From: Halarcobacter sp.
GTDB taxonomy: Bacteria; Campylobacterota; Campylobacteria; Campylobacterales; Arcobacteraceae
Direction: 5' to 3'
NCBI GenBank assembly: GCA_048571215.1
Contig: CP182352.1
Span: forward strand, 1,824,001 to 1,888,000
DNA: 64,000 nt
The notes below the pieces were generated by a model, which was not told where the DNA came from, did no database searches, and saw nothing but the letters and a program-made list of their open reading frames with translations. The translations under genes were made by a program, and so were the position numbers. Shown piece after piece: positions 1 through 9,839 of this stretch (within the stretch, counting starts at the first letter, position 1; the number at the start of each line of letters is the position of its first letter).

Positions 1-2
1 TA

Positions 3-527
3 GTTGTACCAGAACCTGCAAGGATTGGTATATCTAACTTTATCTATAATATAAAATTTCCAATTAGATTTGTAAACAATATTTTACAATTTAAACTAAC
101 AAATGCTGTTAAAGAGCTTGGAAGATTTACAGTAAATAGTACATTTGGACTTTTGGGATTTTTAGATCCAGCTAGTGAAAACTTAGGTATGGAAAAATAT
201 GATGAAGATTTTGGTCAAACCTTAGGTTTCTATGGTATTGGTGGAGGCTTCCATGTAGTTTTACCATTTTTAGGCCCATCAAACTTAAGAGATATGGTTG
301 GAATTGTTGGTGATGGTTATGTTAATCCATTAAACGCTACAAGTGCAATGAACTATAAAATCCCAGAAAATAGTGAACAAACTTTAGGTATTTCAGTATT
401 TAAAGCTGTAAATAATGTATCATTAAATTTAGGTAAATATGAAAATATCAAAAAAGATGCAATCGATTTATACCCATTTTTTAGAGATACATACAATCAA
501 AAAAGAGAAAAAGAGATTAGGGAGTAA
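3..527 (+). CDS. mlaA: MlaA/VacJ family lipoprotein (5' truncated by window edge)
   Basis: Frame is open from base 3 (VVPEPARIGISNFIYNIKFPIRFVNNILQ...GRFTVNSTFGLLG); EDFGQTLG and VLPFLGPSNLRD motifs are typical of MlaA. Confidence 0.92.
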   Translation, partial: VVPEPARIGISNFIYNIKFPIRFVNNILQFKLTNAVKELGRFTVNSTFGLLGFLDPASENLGMEKYDEDFGQTLGFYGIGGGFHVVLPFLGPSNLRDMVGIVGDGYVNPLNATSAMNYKIPENSEQTLGISVFKAVNNVSLNLGKYENIKKDAIDLYPFFRDTYNQKREKEIRE

Positions 528-529
528 AT

Positions 530-1120
530 ATGTTAAAAAAACTAATAATTATAACTACACTTTTTATATTATCAATTTCAGCATTTGCTTTGACAAAAGA
601 GCAAATAGAACCTGAGATGAGAAATAAAATTGATAAAGTATTAATGATTTTAAAAGATAGTAAAATAAATAAAAATGCAAAAGCAAAAGAGATAATCAAT
701 ATTATGGATTCAGTTTTTGATTATCCATTAATGTCAAGATTATCTTTAGGAAGAACCTGGAAAGAATTAAGTGATGCTCAACAAAAAGAGTTTATTGAAC
801 TATTTACAAAAGAGTTAAAAGGCTCATATGTTAGTAAACTTGATTTATATACAGATGAACTTGTAAAAATCTTAGGAACAAAAAGCCCTAAAGCGAACAG
901 AATTGAGCTTCAAACTGTTTTAGTAGGAAAATCAGATAAATATGAGATTAATTACAAATTTTATGAGGCTTCAAAAGAGGAAAACAAGTGGTTAATTTAT
1001 GATGTTGAATTAGTTGGAGTTAGTATAATCCAAACCTATAGACAACAATACGCAGGTTATTTAAAAAACAACTCATTTGATGATTTATTAAAATTTATGA
1101 AAAATAAAAAAATAAACTAA
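530..1120 (+). CDS. mlaC: MlaC/Ttg2D family periplasmic lipid-binding protein
   Basis: Signal peptide; FDYPLMSRLSLGRTW and WLIYDVELVGVSIIQTYRQQY motifs; follows mlaA. Confidence 0.88.
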   Translation: MLKKLIIITTLFILSISAFALTKEQIEPEMRNKIDKVLMILKDSKINKNAKAKEIINIMDSVFDYPLMSRLSLGRTWKELSDAQQKEFIELFTKELKGSYVSKLDLYTDELVKILGTKSPKANRIELQTVLVGKSDKYEINYKFYEASKEENKWLIYDVELVGVSIIQTYRQQYAGYLKNNSFDDLLKFMKNKKIN

Positions 1121-3601
1121 ATGTTCAAAAAAATTTACGATTCGGTAATTTTAAAACACCCAATTAAAATTATATCACTAGTTTTACTTGCAGTACTTTT
1201 TTTAGGATATTATTCTACAAAACTTGAAATTGATGCTTCAGCTGAAACGCTACTTTTAGATAATGACAAAGATTTAGAATTTTCTAGGGTTATTTCAAAA
1301 AGATATTATACTCCTGATTTTTTACTAGTTACCTATAGACCAAAAGAGGCTCTCTTATCAGATGCTAGTTTAGATAGATTAAAAGAGATAATTAAAGATT
1401 TAAAAAAAATAGATGATATTGAATCAGTAACATCTATTTTAAACGTTCCCCTGCTTCAATCTCCTGTACAAGAGTTAACCAAACTAGTTGATAATGTAAG
1501 AACCCTTTCAAATAGCAAAGTTGATAAGAAACTAGTAAAACATGAATTTTTAAACTCAGAACTTTATAAAAATAGCTTAGTTAGTAGTGATTTCAAAACA
1601 ACTGCAATAGTATTAAACTTTAAAAATGATGGAGAATATTTTAAACTACTTGATAAAAGAAATGCCCTTTTAGATAAGAAAAGAGCAAATACATTAAGTA
1701 AAGAAGATGCACAAAAGTTAGAAGAAGCATCCAAAGAGTTTAAAGATTTCAGGGATATACAAAGGGAAAAAGACCATAAGGATATTCAACGAGTAAGAGA
1801 TATAATAGCTAAATATCAAAATCAAGCCACTCTATTTTTAGGTGGAGTAAATATGATTGCTGATGATATAATCAGCTTTGTTAAAAATGATCTTGTTATT
1901 TATGGTACCACTTTAATATTTCTTTTAATAGCTATTTTATGGATTATATTTAGACAAATAATCTGGATAGTTTTACCTGTTTTAATATGTACCCTATCTG
2001 TTATCTCAACAGCAGGAACTTTAGGACTATTTGGATGGGAAGTTACGGTAATCTCTTCAAATTTCATTGCCCTTCAACTTATAATTACCCTCTCTATTGT
2101 TTTACACTTAATAGTTAGATATAGAGAATTAAGTTTAAAATATAAAAAAGCAAGCCAATATAAGCTAGTTATAAATACTATTCTCTCAAAATTTAATCCC
2201 TCATTTTTTGCAATTATAACCACTATTGCAGGTTTTGGTTCTTTGGTTTTATCGGGAATTGAACCAGTTAAAAACTTAGGTTGGATGATGAGTGCAGGGA
2301 TTGCTATATCTTTAGTTATCTCATTTATTCTTTTTCCAACGATTTTAATTCTAATGAAAAAAATCAAAATAACAAAAGAATCAGACTTTAAACTATCGAT
2401 TATTCCACTAAGTACTAAATTAGTTGAGAATAAAGGTTCTTGGATTTTAGTTGTAAGTTTTTTAGTTGTTATTTTTAGTCTTACTGGGGCTTCAAAACTA
2501 ATAGTAGAAAATAGTTTTATAAACTACTTTAAAAAGAGTACTGAAATCTACAAAGGGATGAAGGTTATAGATGAAAAGCTAGGAGGGACAACTCCTTTAG
2601 ATGTAATATTAACCTTTAAAGAGAAGAAAAAACAATCAAAACCAAAAGTTGAAGATGAGTTTGCCTCTTTTGAAGATGAATTTGCTCAAGAAGAAAATAG
2701 TGCACAATACTGGTTTAGTAAAGATAAAATGGATACTATTATGAAAGTTCATAATTACTTAGAATCTATACCAGAGATTGGAAAAGTTCAATCACTTGCA
2801 ACTCTTTTAAAGGTTGGGAAGCTATTAAATAACAATGAGGATTTAGATGGTTTTAAATTAGCTCTACTTTATAATAAACTTCCAAGAGAGTATAAAGAGA
2901 TGATTTTAGATCCTTATGTAAGTATAGAACATGATCAAACTAGAATAAGTGTAAGAATAGTTGACTCAAACCCAAAACTTAGAAGAAATGAATTGATATC
3001 AAAAATAAACAATGATTTATCTAAAATGTTAAATAGTGATTATGTTGAATTTAGACTCTCAAATTTAATGATTTTATATAATAATATGCTTCAATCACTT
3101 TTTGATTCACAAATAAAAACCTTAGGTTTTGTTTTGATTATACTTTTTATTATGTTTATAGTTTTATTTAGATCAGTCCTTATAGCTTTTATTGCAATCA
3201 TAACAAATATGGTTCCTATTAGTATAATCTTCGGAATAATGGGATGGCTAAATATCCCTTTAGATATCATGACTATAACTATTGCTGCTATCTCTATAGG
3301 TATTGGTGTAGATGATACTATTCACTATATCCATAGATTCCATGAAGAGTATAAAAAAGATCACGATTATATTAAATCAATGGAAAGATCGCATGAGAGT
3401 ATTGGTTATGCTATGACTTACACCTCATTGGTTGTTGTAGTTGGTTTTTCAATATTAGTTTTATCAAACTTAATACCAACTATATATTTTGGGCTTTTAA
3501 CAGTAATCGTTATGATTACTATGTTATGTTCAGCCCTACTTCTTCTTCCAAAACTTTTAGTACTATTTAAACCCTATGGGAACAAAGCTAGAAATGTTTG
3601 A
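1121..3601 (+). CDS. RND superfamily MMPL-type transporter
   Basis: Two repeats of TM + periplasmic loop + TM bundle; GIGVDDTIHY motif in the second repeat; 826 aa. Confidence 0.88.
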   Translation: MFKKIYDSVILKHPIKIISLVLLAVLFLGYYSTKLEIDASAETLLLDNDKDLEFSRVISKRYYTPDFLLVTYRPKEALLSDASLDRLKEIIKDLKKIDDIESVTSILNVPLLQSPVQELTKLVDNVRTLSNSKVDKKLVKHEFLNSELYKNSLVSSDFKTTAIVLNFKNDGEYFKLLDKRNALLDKKRANTLSKEDAQKLEEASKEFKDFRDIQREKDHKDIQRVRDIIAKYQNQATLFLGGVNMIADDIISFVKNDLVIYGTTLIFLLIAILWIIFRQIIWIVLPVLICTLSVISTAGTLGLFGWEVTVISSNFIALQLIITLSIVLHLIVRYRELSLKYKKASQYKLVINTILSKFNPSFFAIITTIAGFGSLVLSGIEPVKNLGWMMSAGIAISLVISFILFPTILILMKKIKITKESDFKLSIIPLSTKLVENKGSWILVVSFLVVIFSLTGASKLIVENSFINYFKKSTEIYKGMKVIDEKLGGTTPLDVILTFKEKKKQSKPKVEDEFASFEDEFAQEENSAQYWFSKDKMDTIMKVHNYLESIPEIGKVQSLATLLKVGKLLNNNEDLDGFKLALLYNKLPREYKEMILDPYVSIEHDQTRISVRIVDSNPKLRRNELISKINNDLSKMLNSDYVEFRLSNLMILYNNMLQSLFDSQIKTLGFVLIILFIMFIVLFRSVLIAFIAIITNMVPISIIFGIMGWLNIPLDIMTITIAAISIGIGVDDTIHYIHRFHEEYKKDHDYIKSMERSHESIGYAMTYTSLVVVVGFSILVLSNLIPTIYFGLLTVIVMITMLCSALLLLPKLLVLFKPYGNKARNV

Positions 3602-3788
3602 ACAACATTTACAGTGCCCTTATTGTAGAGAAGCTATTACAGTTCTACTTGATTTGGGAGTTGAAGGTTATAACAATATAGTAGATGATTGTGAAGTTTG
3701 CTGTAGACCAATTGAAATAGATTATTATTGTGAAGATTCAGAAGTAAAATCTTTTTCATATAGTCCAATAGAAGGAAATGAATTTTAA
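3594..3788 (+). CDS. CPXCG-motif cysteine-rich small protein
   Basis: CPYC and DCEVCCRPI motifs; start ATG 3594 overlaps the end of the MMPL gene (track start 3576). Confidence 0.8.
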   Translation: MFEQHLQCPYCREAITVLLDLGVEGYNNIVDDCEVCCRPIEIDYYCEDSEVKSFSYSPIEGNEF

Positions 3789-4366
3789 TGAATATAGCAA
3801 TTTATTGTGGATCAAGTTACGGAAATGATAAAAAATATAATGAAAAAGCTAAAGAAGTTATCAAATATCTATCTACAAAAGAGGTAAATATAGTTTATGG
3901 TGGTAGTAATTCAGGTTTGATGAGTACCATCTCAAATGAAGCGATATCTTATGGTATGAATATTACAGGAGTGATTACCCATAAACTTGCTTTAAAAGAG
4001 ATAGAAAACAAAAACTTAAATGAAATTTTCAAAGTTAATAATATTAGAGAAAGAAAAGCTAAAATGGAAGAGTTATCTGATGCTTTTTTAGCCCTACCTG
4101 GTGGATTTGGAACCCTAGAAGAGATATCAGAAGTTTTCACCTCAATACAAATTGGAAATCATAATAAGCCTTGTGCTTTATATAATTTGGATGGTTATTA
4201 CAATAAACTTATAGATTTTTTACAAAACTGTGTAGATGAAGGTTTTTTAAAACAAAACCATTTAGATGCTATTATAATTAGTGATGATATAGAGTATATT
4301 TATAACTCATTTATAAACTATACTCCTCCAAAAAGCAAATGGGAACTTATTCAAGATTCAATTTAA
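3788..4366 (+). CDS. LOG family nucleotide 5'-monophosphate phosphoribohydrolase
   Basis: IYCGS, VYGG..GLM, ERK and LPGGFGTLEE motifs. Confidence 0.9.
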   Translation: MNIAIYCGSSYGNDKKYNEKAKEVIKYLSTKEVNIVYGGSNSGLMSTISNEAISYGMNITGVITHKLALKEIENKNLNEIFKVNNIRERKAKMEELSDAFLALPGGFGTLEEISEVFTSIQIGNHNKPCALYNLDGYYNKLIDFLQNCVDEGFLKQNHLDAIIISDDIEYIYNSFINYTPPKSKWELIQDSI

Positions 4367-4475
4367 ATATTAACTATCTATTAATACTTTATTTTTTATT
4401 TGTTAATTATAAACAGATACAATTATATTATAAGAAATTTAACAACTTATTTGCATTTTTGCAAAATTCTCCTAT

Positions 4476-4499
4476 AGGTAGAGATTTTTTTCTCTACCT
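4476..4499. terminator. Hairpin AGGTAGAGA-T6-TCTCTACCT, probable intrinsic terminator
   Basis: Perfect 9-bp stem in the 4367-4632 intergenic region. Confidence 0.5.
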
Positions 4500-4632
4500 T
4501 CTATTAAAATATAAAAATTGTTTATTTTCGTTACTAATCTTACATTTAACTTACAAACTTATTTTAATTTATTGTTATATTATTGAGACTATTGTATATT
4601 AAAGTACTACTAAAGGACAAAAGGTAATATTT

Positions 4633-5037
4633 ATGAAAAGGCTTGATAATATCCAAAAAGATTTACTCTATACAAATCTGGATGAAGATGGAAAGTTATC
4701 TTGTCTAAAAGCTTTCAAAGTTGCAAGACTTATTGGTATGAAACCCAAAGATATGGCAGAGATTACAAGTTCACTTAATATCAAGATTACAAACTGTGAA
4801 TTAGGTGTATTTGGTAAACTAAAATTTGAAGAATTAGATGAGAATGTTTATGATAAATTATCTAGAAATTTTAATCATGAAAAAAAAATAGATTGTGAAG
4901 TTGCTTGGCATGTGGCAAAACAAAAAGGGGTTAACCTAAAACAAGTTGGTTCAACAGTTAAAGCCTCTGATGTTAAAGTTAGACATTGTCAACTAGGATG
5001 TTTTTATGATGAAGAGTTTGAGAAGTATAATGACTAA
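4633..5037 (+). CDS. Hypothetical protein with two tandem Cys-containing repeats
   Basis: LSCLKAFKVA...KITNCELGVF and IDCEVAWHVA...KVRHCQLGCF; RBS AAGG upstream. Confidence 0.75.
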   Translation: MKRLDNIQKDLLYTNLDEDGKLSCLKAFKVARLIGMKPKDMAEITSSLNIKITNCELGVFGKLKFEELDENVYDKLSRNFNHEKKIDCEVAWHVAKQKGVNLKQVGSTVKASDVKVRHCQLGCFYDEEFEKYND

Positions 5038-5053
5038 TTATACTTTCTCAATA

Positions 5054-5686
5054 TTATAAAATATCAAAAAGATTTTCTAAACTTTTTATTTTATATTTAG
5101 CTTTAGAAAAATCTTGTGTTTTTGTGAACTCGTTATGAACCACTACACAATCTATACCCGCACTATGTGCTGATGTTAATCCCCTTTGAGAATCTTCAAC
5201 TACTATAGCTTCATCTTTATTTGCTTTAAAAATTTCTAATCCTTTTAAATATGGCTCAGGATGTGGTTTACAATAGGTATAATCCTCCTCACAAAGCACA
5301 AAATCCATAAAGTCTACAATCCCTCTATTTTTATGTATTAATTCAAAATCTACCCTTCTTGAAGTGGTAACTATCCCCATTTTAAAATCTTTTGAAAGTT
5401 TAGTTAAAATATCTTTTATACCAGTTATTTCTATATCTCTTGTGCTTAAAAACTTTTGATAATAAATATTTCTTTGTTCTCTTGCTTTTATGATTTTATC
5501 ATGGCTAAAACCTAAAGCAATAGCTTTTTCCCAAGCTGTTCCACCCCTTGCCATAATATCCATATAATCATCAAACTCTAAATCTAAATCAAAAAACTCT
5601 TTCAAGGCAATTTTACTAGCCTCATAATATAAAGGCTCCGTATGTACTAAAACCCCATCATTATCAAATAATATATATCTCTTCAA
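5054..5686 (-). CDS. HAD family phosphatase (beta-PGM/CbbY-like)
   Basis: FDNDGVL, KPHPEPY and VVEDS motifs; TTG start with GGAG RBS. Confidence 0.9.
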   Translation of the reverse strand: MKRYILFDNDGVLVHTEPLYYEASKIALKEFFDLDLEFDDYMDIMARGGTAWEKAIALGFSHDKIIKAREQRNIYYQKFLSTRDIEITGIKDILTKLSKDFKMGIVTTSRRVDFELIHKNRGIVDFMDFVLCEEDYTYCKPHPEPYLKGLEIFKANKDEAIVVEDSQRGLTSAHSAGIDCVVVHNEFTKTQDFSKAKYKIKSLENLFDIL

Positions 5687-5704
5687 TCTTCACTCCATAA
5701 AATT

Positions 5705-6817
5705 TTAAACTCTTAAATACTCTTTTAATCTCTTTATCCCCTCTTTCATATGCTCTATATCCCTTGTGTAGGCAAACCTAAGGTATTGTTCTGTTTTATT
5801 TGAACCAAAATCAACCCCTGGAGTTGTAGCTATATGTATATTTTCAAGTAGTTCTTTTGCAAAATCAAAACTATCTTTTGTATATTTAGAAACATTTGCC
5901 CACAAATAAAATGCTCCATCAGGTTTTGCATCAACCTCAAAGATACTATTTAGCTCCCTATACAAATAATCCCGTCTTTGTTTAAAGATATTTTTAATTG
6001 ATTCTAAATACTCATAATCAAAAGCTTCAAGCGCAGCATACTGAGAAAGGGTTGGTGCTGAAATAAAAATATTTTGAGCTATAATCTCAGATTCCCTTAC
6101 TAAATGTTTTGGAACAATTATCCAACCAAGCCTTAGTCCTGGCATACAATAATACTTTGAGAAACCATTTATAACAAAAACATTATCACTAAACTCTAAT
6201 GCAGAACTTGCCTCTTTTTCATAGACTAAACCATGATATAACTCATCTGAAATAAAATTAATACTATTTTTATCGCAATACTCAATCAACTCTTTTAGAT
6301 TCTTTTTTTCATAAATATTTCCAGTTGGATTTGAAGGGGATGAGATCTGTAAGGCATCAATCTTTTGTTTTTTTAGATGCTCTGTAGTTAACTGATAATT
6401 TGTTGATTTATCAATATCCATAAATACAGGTTCAATATCAAACATATAAGCAAAATTCTTATAACAAGGATATGAAGGATCACTAAGCCCTAATCTACCC
6501 TCTTTTTTTAAACATAGGGTGTATGCTATTAAAAAAGCCCCTGAAGTTCCTGGAGTAAGAAGTATTTGATTTGCTTCTATATTTACATTGTAGATTTCTT
6601 TATAATGTTTAACTAGTTTTTCTCTTAAACTCAATAAGCCTAAACTCTCTGTGTATGAAAAGTTTTCATCACTTACAGCTTTTTCTAAAGCCTTTTTTAC
6701 TTTAGAACTTGGTTTTAAATCTGGTTGTCCAATCTCAAAATGTATTGTATCTTCATATTTTAAAGCATCTCTTACAATATCCATTACAATAAAAGAGCTC
6801 ATTTTATCATATCTCAT
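5705..6817 (-). CDS. Class I/II PLP-dependent aminotransferase
   Basis: GQPD, SPSNPTG, SDELY and GFSKYYCMPGLRLGW motifs. Confidence 0.93.
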   Translation of the reverse strand: MRYDKMSSFIVMDIVRDALKYEDTIHFEIGQPDLKPSSKVKKALEKAVSDENFSYTESLGLLSLREKLVKHYKEIYNVNIEANQILLTPGTSGAFLIAYTLCLKKEGRLGLSDPSYPCYKNFAYMFDIEPVFMDIDKSTNYQLTTEHLKKQKIDALQISSPSNPTGNIYEKKNLKELIEYCDKNSINFISDELYHGLVYEKEASSALEFSDNVFVINGFSKYYCMPGLRLGWIIVPKHLVRESEIIAQNIFISAPTLSQYAALEAFDYEYLESIKNIFKQRRDYLYRELNSIFEVDAKPDGAFYLWANVSKYTKDSFDFAKELLENIHIATTPGVDFGSNKTEQYLRFAYTRDIEHMKEGIKRLKEYLRV

Positions 6818-6866
6818 AAATAGTCCTAAAATTAAAAAAGGTATTATATCTTAGATTTGGTTAGGA

Positions 6867-6970
6867 TAAAACAATGAAATCAATTAAAGCGAAGGAGAAG
6901 AATAAATACTTTAATTGATTTTCATTATATGTTTTGGCTGTGTAGTTTTACATCAAATTTTTTAATGTAA
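6867..6970 (-). ncRNA. Candidate ~100-nt sRNA: 5' hairpin plus terminator hairpin with C/U-rich anti-SD loop
   Basis: Extended -10 TGtTATATT (6983-6975); stem 6948-6957/6961-6970; stem 6873-6889/6909-6926 with loop UAUUUAUUCUUCUCCUUCG; mismatches resolve as G-U pairs only on the minus strand. Confidence 0.5.
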
Positions 6971-7169
6971 TGAAAATATAACACATTTGACTTAAATTAT
7001 ATTTTAATATCTAAAACAAATAAGAGTATTTTAGTCTTATTTAAGTTTAAAGGATAATTTTTATTAAAAACTAAATATTTTATAGAGAAATATATATTAA
7101 TAAAAATTGACATAATTAGATTTGTGTGATATTATTTATATTACAATCTTAATACACAAAGGGAAAAGT

Positions 7170-7637
7170 ATGAATGTTTATGAATATGCTATGAAAGTTG
7201 AAAAAGATGGGGAAGCTTATTATAGAGAATTAGCTTCAAAATCACCAAATAATGGTTTAAAAAGAATCTTTACAATGCTTGCTGAAGAGGAAATCAAACA
7301 CTACAATGTTTTTAAAAACATGATGAAAAAAAATGATATAGATTTAGATAAGCTTGATATCATAACTGATACAAAAACAATATTTGAAACCCTATTAAAT
7401 GAAAAAGATAATATCAACTTTAGTGATGAACAAATTGCTTATTATAAAGAGGCTATAAAAAAAGAGGAAAACTCTGAGCAATTTTATTTAGATAAATCAA
7501 AAGAGTTAGAAAATGAAAATGAAAAAGCTATTTTCATAAAAATCGCAGCTGAAGAGGTAAAACATAAAAAAGTTTTAGAAGAGATTGTATTATTTATTCA
7601 AGAACCTGATAACTGGGTAGCTAGTGCAGAGTTTTAG
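7170..7637 (+). CDS. Ferritin-like/rubrerythrin family diiron protein
   Basis: EKDGEAYY, EEIKH, EENSEQFY and EEVKH motifs; ATG 7170 preferred over track start 7122. Confidence 0.88.
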   Translation: MNVYEYAMKVEKDGEAYYRELASKSPNNGLKRIFTMLAEEEIKHYNVFKNMMKKNDIDLDKLDIITDTKTIFETLLNEKDNINFSDEQIAYYKEAIKKEENSEQFYLDKSKELENENEKAIFIKIAAEEVKHKKVLEEIVLFIQEPDNWVASAEF

Positions 7638-7641
7638 GATC

Positions 7642-7660
7642 TAAGAGGTTATACCTCTTA
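7642..7660. terminator. Bidirectional terminator hairpin
   Basis: TAAGAGGT-TAT-ACCTCTTA between convergent stop codons. Confidence 0.7.
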
Positions 7661-7664
7661 AATC

Positions 7665-7949
7665 TTAAAAAGATGCTAATCTTTGGATTATTTGTTTAAC
7701 TTCTGCTTCATCAAAAAATATATTATTGTGAAGCTCTTTACTTGCATTTTTTATATACTCTAATTTCTTTTGATTTAAACTTTCTTTATCATGTTGATTA
7801 TCATTTATTAAAGCTTTTAAACCATCTTCATAACTTTTTACTAACTCACTTTTTTTCTCATATGAGGGTTTAATTGAAGCTTTTTTATTAGTAAAAATAT
7901 ATAATAAAACACCCCCAACTATTAAAAGTAAAACTATTAATATCTCCAT
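7665..7949 (-). CDS. Hypothetical single-pass membrane protein
   Basis: N-terminal hydrophobic helix; 5-nt gap after the upstream gene. Confidence 0.7.
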   Translation of the reverse strand: MEILIVLLLIVGGVLLYIFTNKKASIKPSYEKKSELVKSYEDGLKALINDNQHDKESLNQKKLEYIKNASKELHNNIFFDEAEVKQIIQRLASF

Positions 7950-7954
7950 AAGTA

Positions 7955-9169
7955 TTATGACTCTTGTGTAGTGTTTTTTACAACTTGTGTTATTGGTCTT
8001 TTATTTAAGGATTTTGCTTCTAATGCAATTGATTCAGCTCTTTTTGCAATAGTTAGTGCTTCTTGTACCATTTTTCTATTTTCACACTCAATTGCTAAGT
8101 TATCAACCCTTTCTATTAATGTTCTAAACTCCATATGTCCTAAAACATCTAAAACCCCAGGTGATTTTGATACAAACTCTATATGATCTGAATCTCTCCA
8201 ATTATTTGTTAAAGACTCATCAATATATTTTTTATACTCATTTTCAATTTTTGTAGGATTTGCAATAAAGGCCAAATCTAAATTAAGATTATCTTTTTTG
8301 TTAAATAGTTGATTATATAGTTGTTGGAGATACTCTTCTTTTGTTAGAGTTGAAATATAATCATATACTATTTGCTCTTCATTGTATTCTAACATATGTT
8401 CTAATATCAAAATTGAAACTTCATGCTTTTTACTTGTAAATATAGCCTCAAGTTTTTCATTACAAAAGGTATATACTTGTTTAGCATCCTCTTTTGATAA
8501 TTTCTTTATAAATTTATATAAATCAAGATTATATGTAAAGCTAAACTTATCAAGGGTATCAAAAAGTTTTTCTAGAATTAGTGAAGGGTTTTGTGTAGAA
8601 TTTGCATACTTAACAATACTAGTTACATTTTCTAACTCTTGTTCATCAAAATGGCTACTTTGAATATAATAAATAATCTCTTCATATAAATTGACTTCCA
8701 ATAACTCTTTTGCTTTTGTTTCATAAAAAGAGCTTAACTGGGTATTTGTAAATTTTTTTGAACCTTGTGCCAATTTTTCATATTTTTTTGAGATGTCTTG
8801 ATATTTTTCAATTTTTTCACAAATAGGTAAATTTGATAAAAGTTTTGATGTTCTTAAAAGTATATGCTCTTTTGCTGCATCTAAAAGTTGAGCTACTTGT
8901 TCTCCCCTTTTTGGCAATTCAATAACAAGTTTTGATATTTTTTTATTATATTCATCAAAATCTTTTACATCTTGAAGATTCTCAATAAGCTTTATTGTAT
9001 TTGCTATTTTTATATTTCTTTGTATATAAAAATATATTGCAAATAATACAAATAAAACTATGGTTACTACTATTAAAGATTCGTTTGGTGCTTGTTTAAA
9101 AATTTCTACTATATTATAATTTGAGTCTTTTATAATCTTTATAAAATCACTAAATGGCATAATGTTCAT
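7955..9169 (-). CDS. Hypothetical helical membrane-anchored protein
   Basis: 404-aa ORF, one TM near the N-terminus, RBS AAGGA. Confidence 0.78.
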   Translation of the reverse strand: MNIMPFSDFIKIIKDSNYNIVEIFKQAPNESLIVVTIVLFVLFAIYFYIQRNIKIANTIKLIENLQDVKDFDEYNKKISKLVIELPKRGEQVAQLLDAAKEHILLRTSKLLSNLPICEKIEKYQDISKKYEKLAQGSKKFTNTQLSSFYETKAKELLEVNLYEEIIYYIQSSHFDEQELENVTSIVKYANSTQNPSLILEKLFDTLDKFSFTYNLDLYKFIKKLSKEDAKQVYTFCNEKLEAIFTSKKHEVSILILEHMLEYNEEQIVYDYISTLTKEEYLQQLYNQLFNKKDNLNLDLAFIANPTKIENEYKKYIDESLTNNWRDSDHIEFVSKSPGVLDVLGHMEFRTLIERVDNLAIECENRKMVQEALTIAKRAESIALEAKSLNKRPITQVVKNTTQES

Positions 9170-9281
9170 ATGATTCCTTTAATTAAATATGAACATATAG
9201 TATACTGTAAAAAGTTTAAGATTAATAGAAAATTTAATTATTTTATCTTTTAAAAGAGTTTAAGTAACTTTTTGAAAATGA

Positions 9282-9839
9282 CTACTTTTTTAAGACATTT
9301 TCTAAATCTACTGCATCAACTTCTCCAATATACTTTCTTATATACTTTCCATCTTTAGAATAAAGAAAAGACTCTGGAACTTTCTTTACATCATCTAAAA
9401 GCTTTGCAAGTCTAAAGTTTTCTTCACCTATAACTACAGGAAATTTTATATTATGTTTTTTTATGAAATCTTTTAATTCATCTATATTTTTATCATGTTC
9501 ATATAAAACACCAATTATTTCAAACTTATCTTTGTATTTTTCATAAATTCTATTAAAAGTTGGTATCTCTTTAATACAAGGTGGACACCAAGTAGCCCAA
9601 AAATTAACTAAAACATATTTACCATTTAAAGTTTTTGAACTTAAAATACCATTTTCTATTGTTAATTCTAATTTTTTATTGTCAAGTTTTGTTAATTTGA
9701 AATTTTTATTACTCTCTTTTTTTAATTGGCTAAAACTTTTACTATCATCTACTATGGTTTTAGCTTCATCTTCTGAACTACAAGCAGCAAAAAATCCAAT
9801 TACAACAAATAAAAATGCAAATTTTAAAAATAATTTCAC
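9282..9839 (-). CDS. TlpA/ResA family thiol-disulfide oxidoreductase lipoprotein
   Basis: Lipobox FAAC; LVNFWATWCPPCIKEIP; GTG start. Confidence 0.92.
   Translation of the reverse strand: MKLFLKFAFLFVVIGFFAACSSEDEAKTIVDDSKSFSQLKKESNKNFKLTKLDNKKLELTIENGILSSKTLNGKYVLVNFWATWCPPCIKEIPTFNRIYEKYKDKFEIIGVLYEHDKNIDELKDFIKKHNIKFPVVIGEENFRLAKLLDDVKKVPESFLYSKDGKYIRKYIGEVDAVDLENVLKK

Noticed and set aside
4339..4602. 87-aa ORF in the track
   Set aside because: Low-complexity translation of AT-rich intergenic DNA; crosses a terminator-like hairpin
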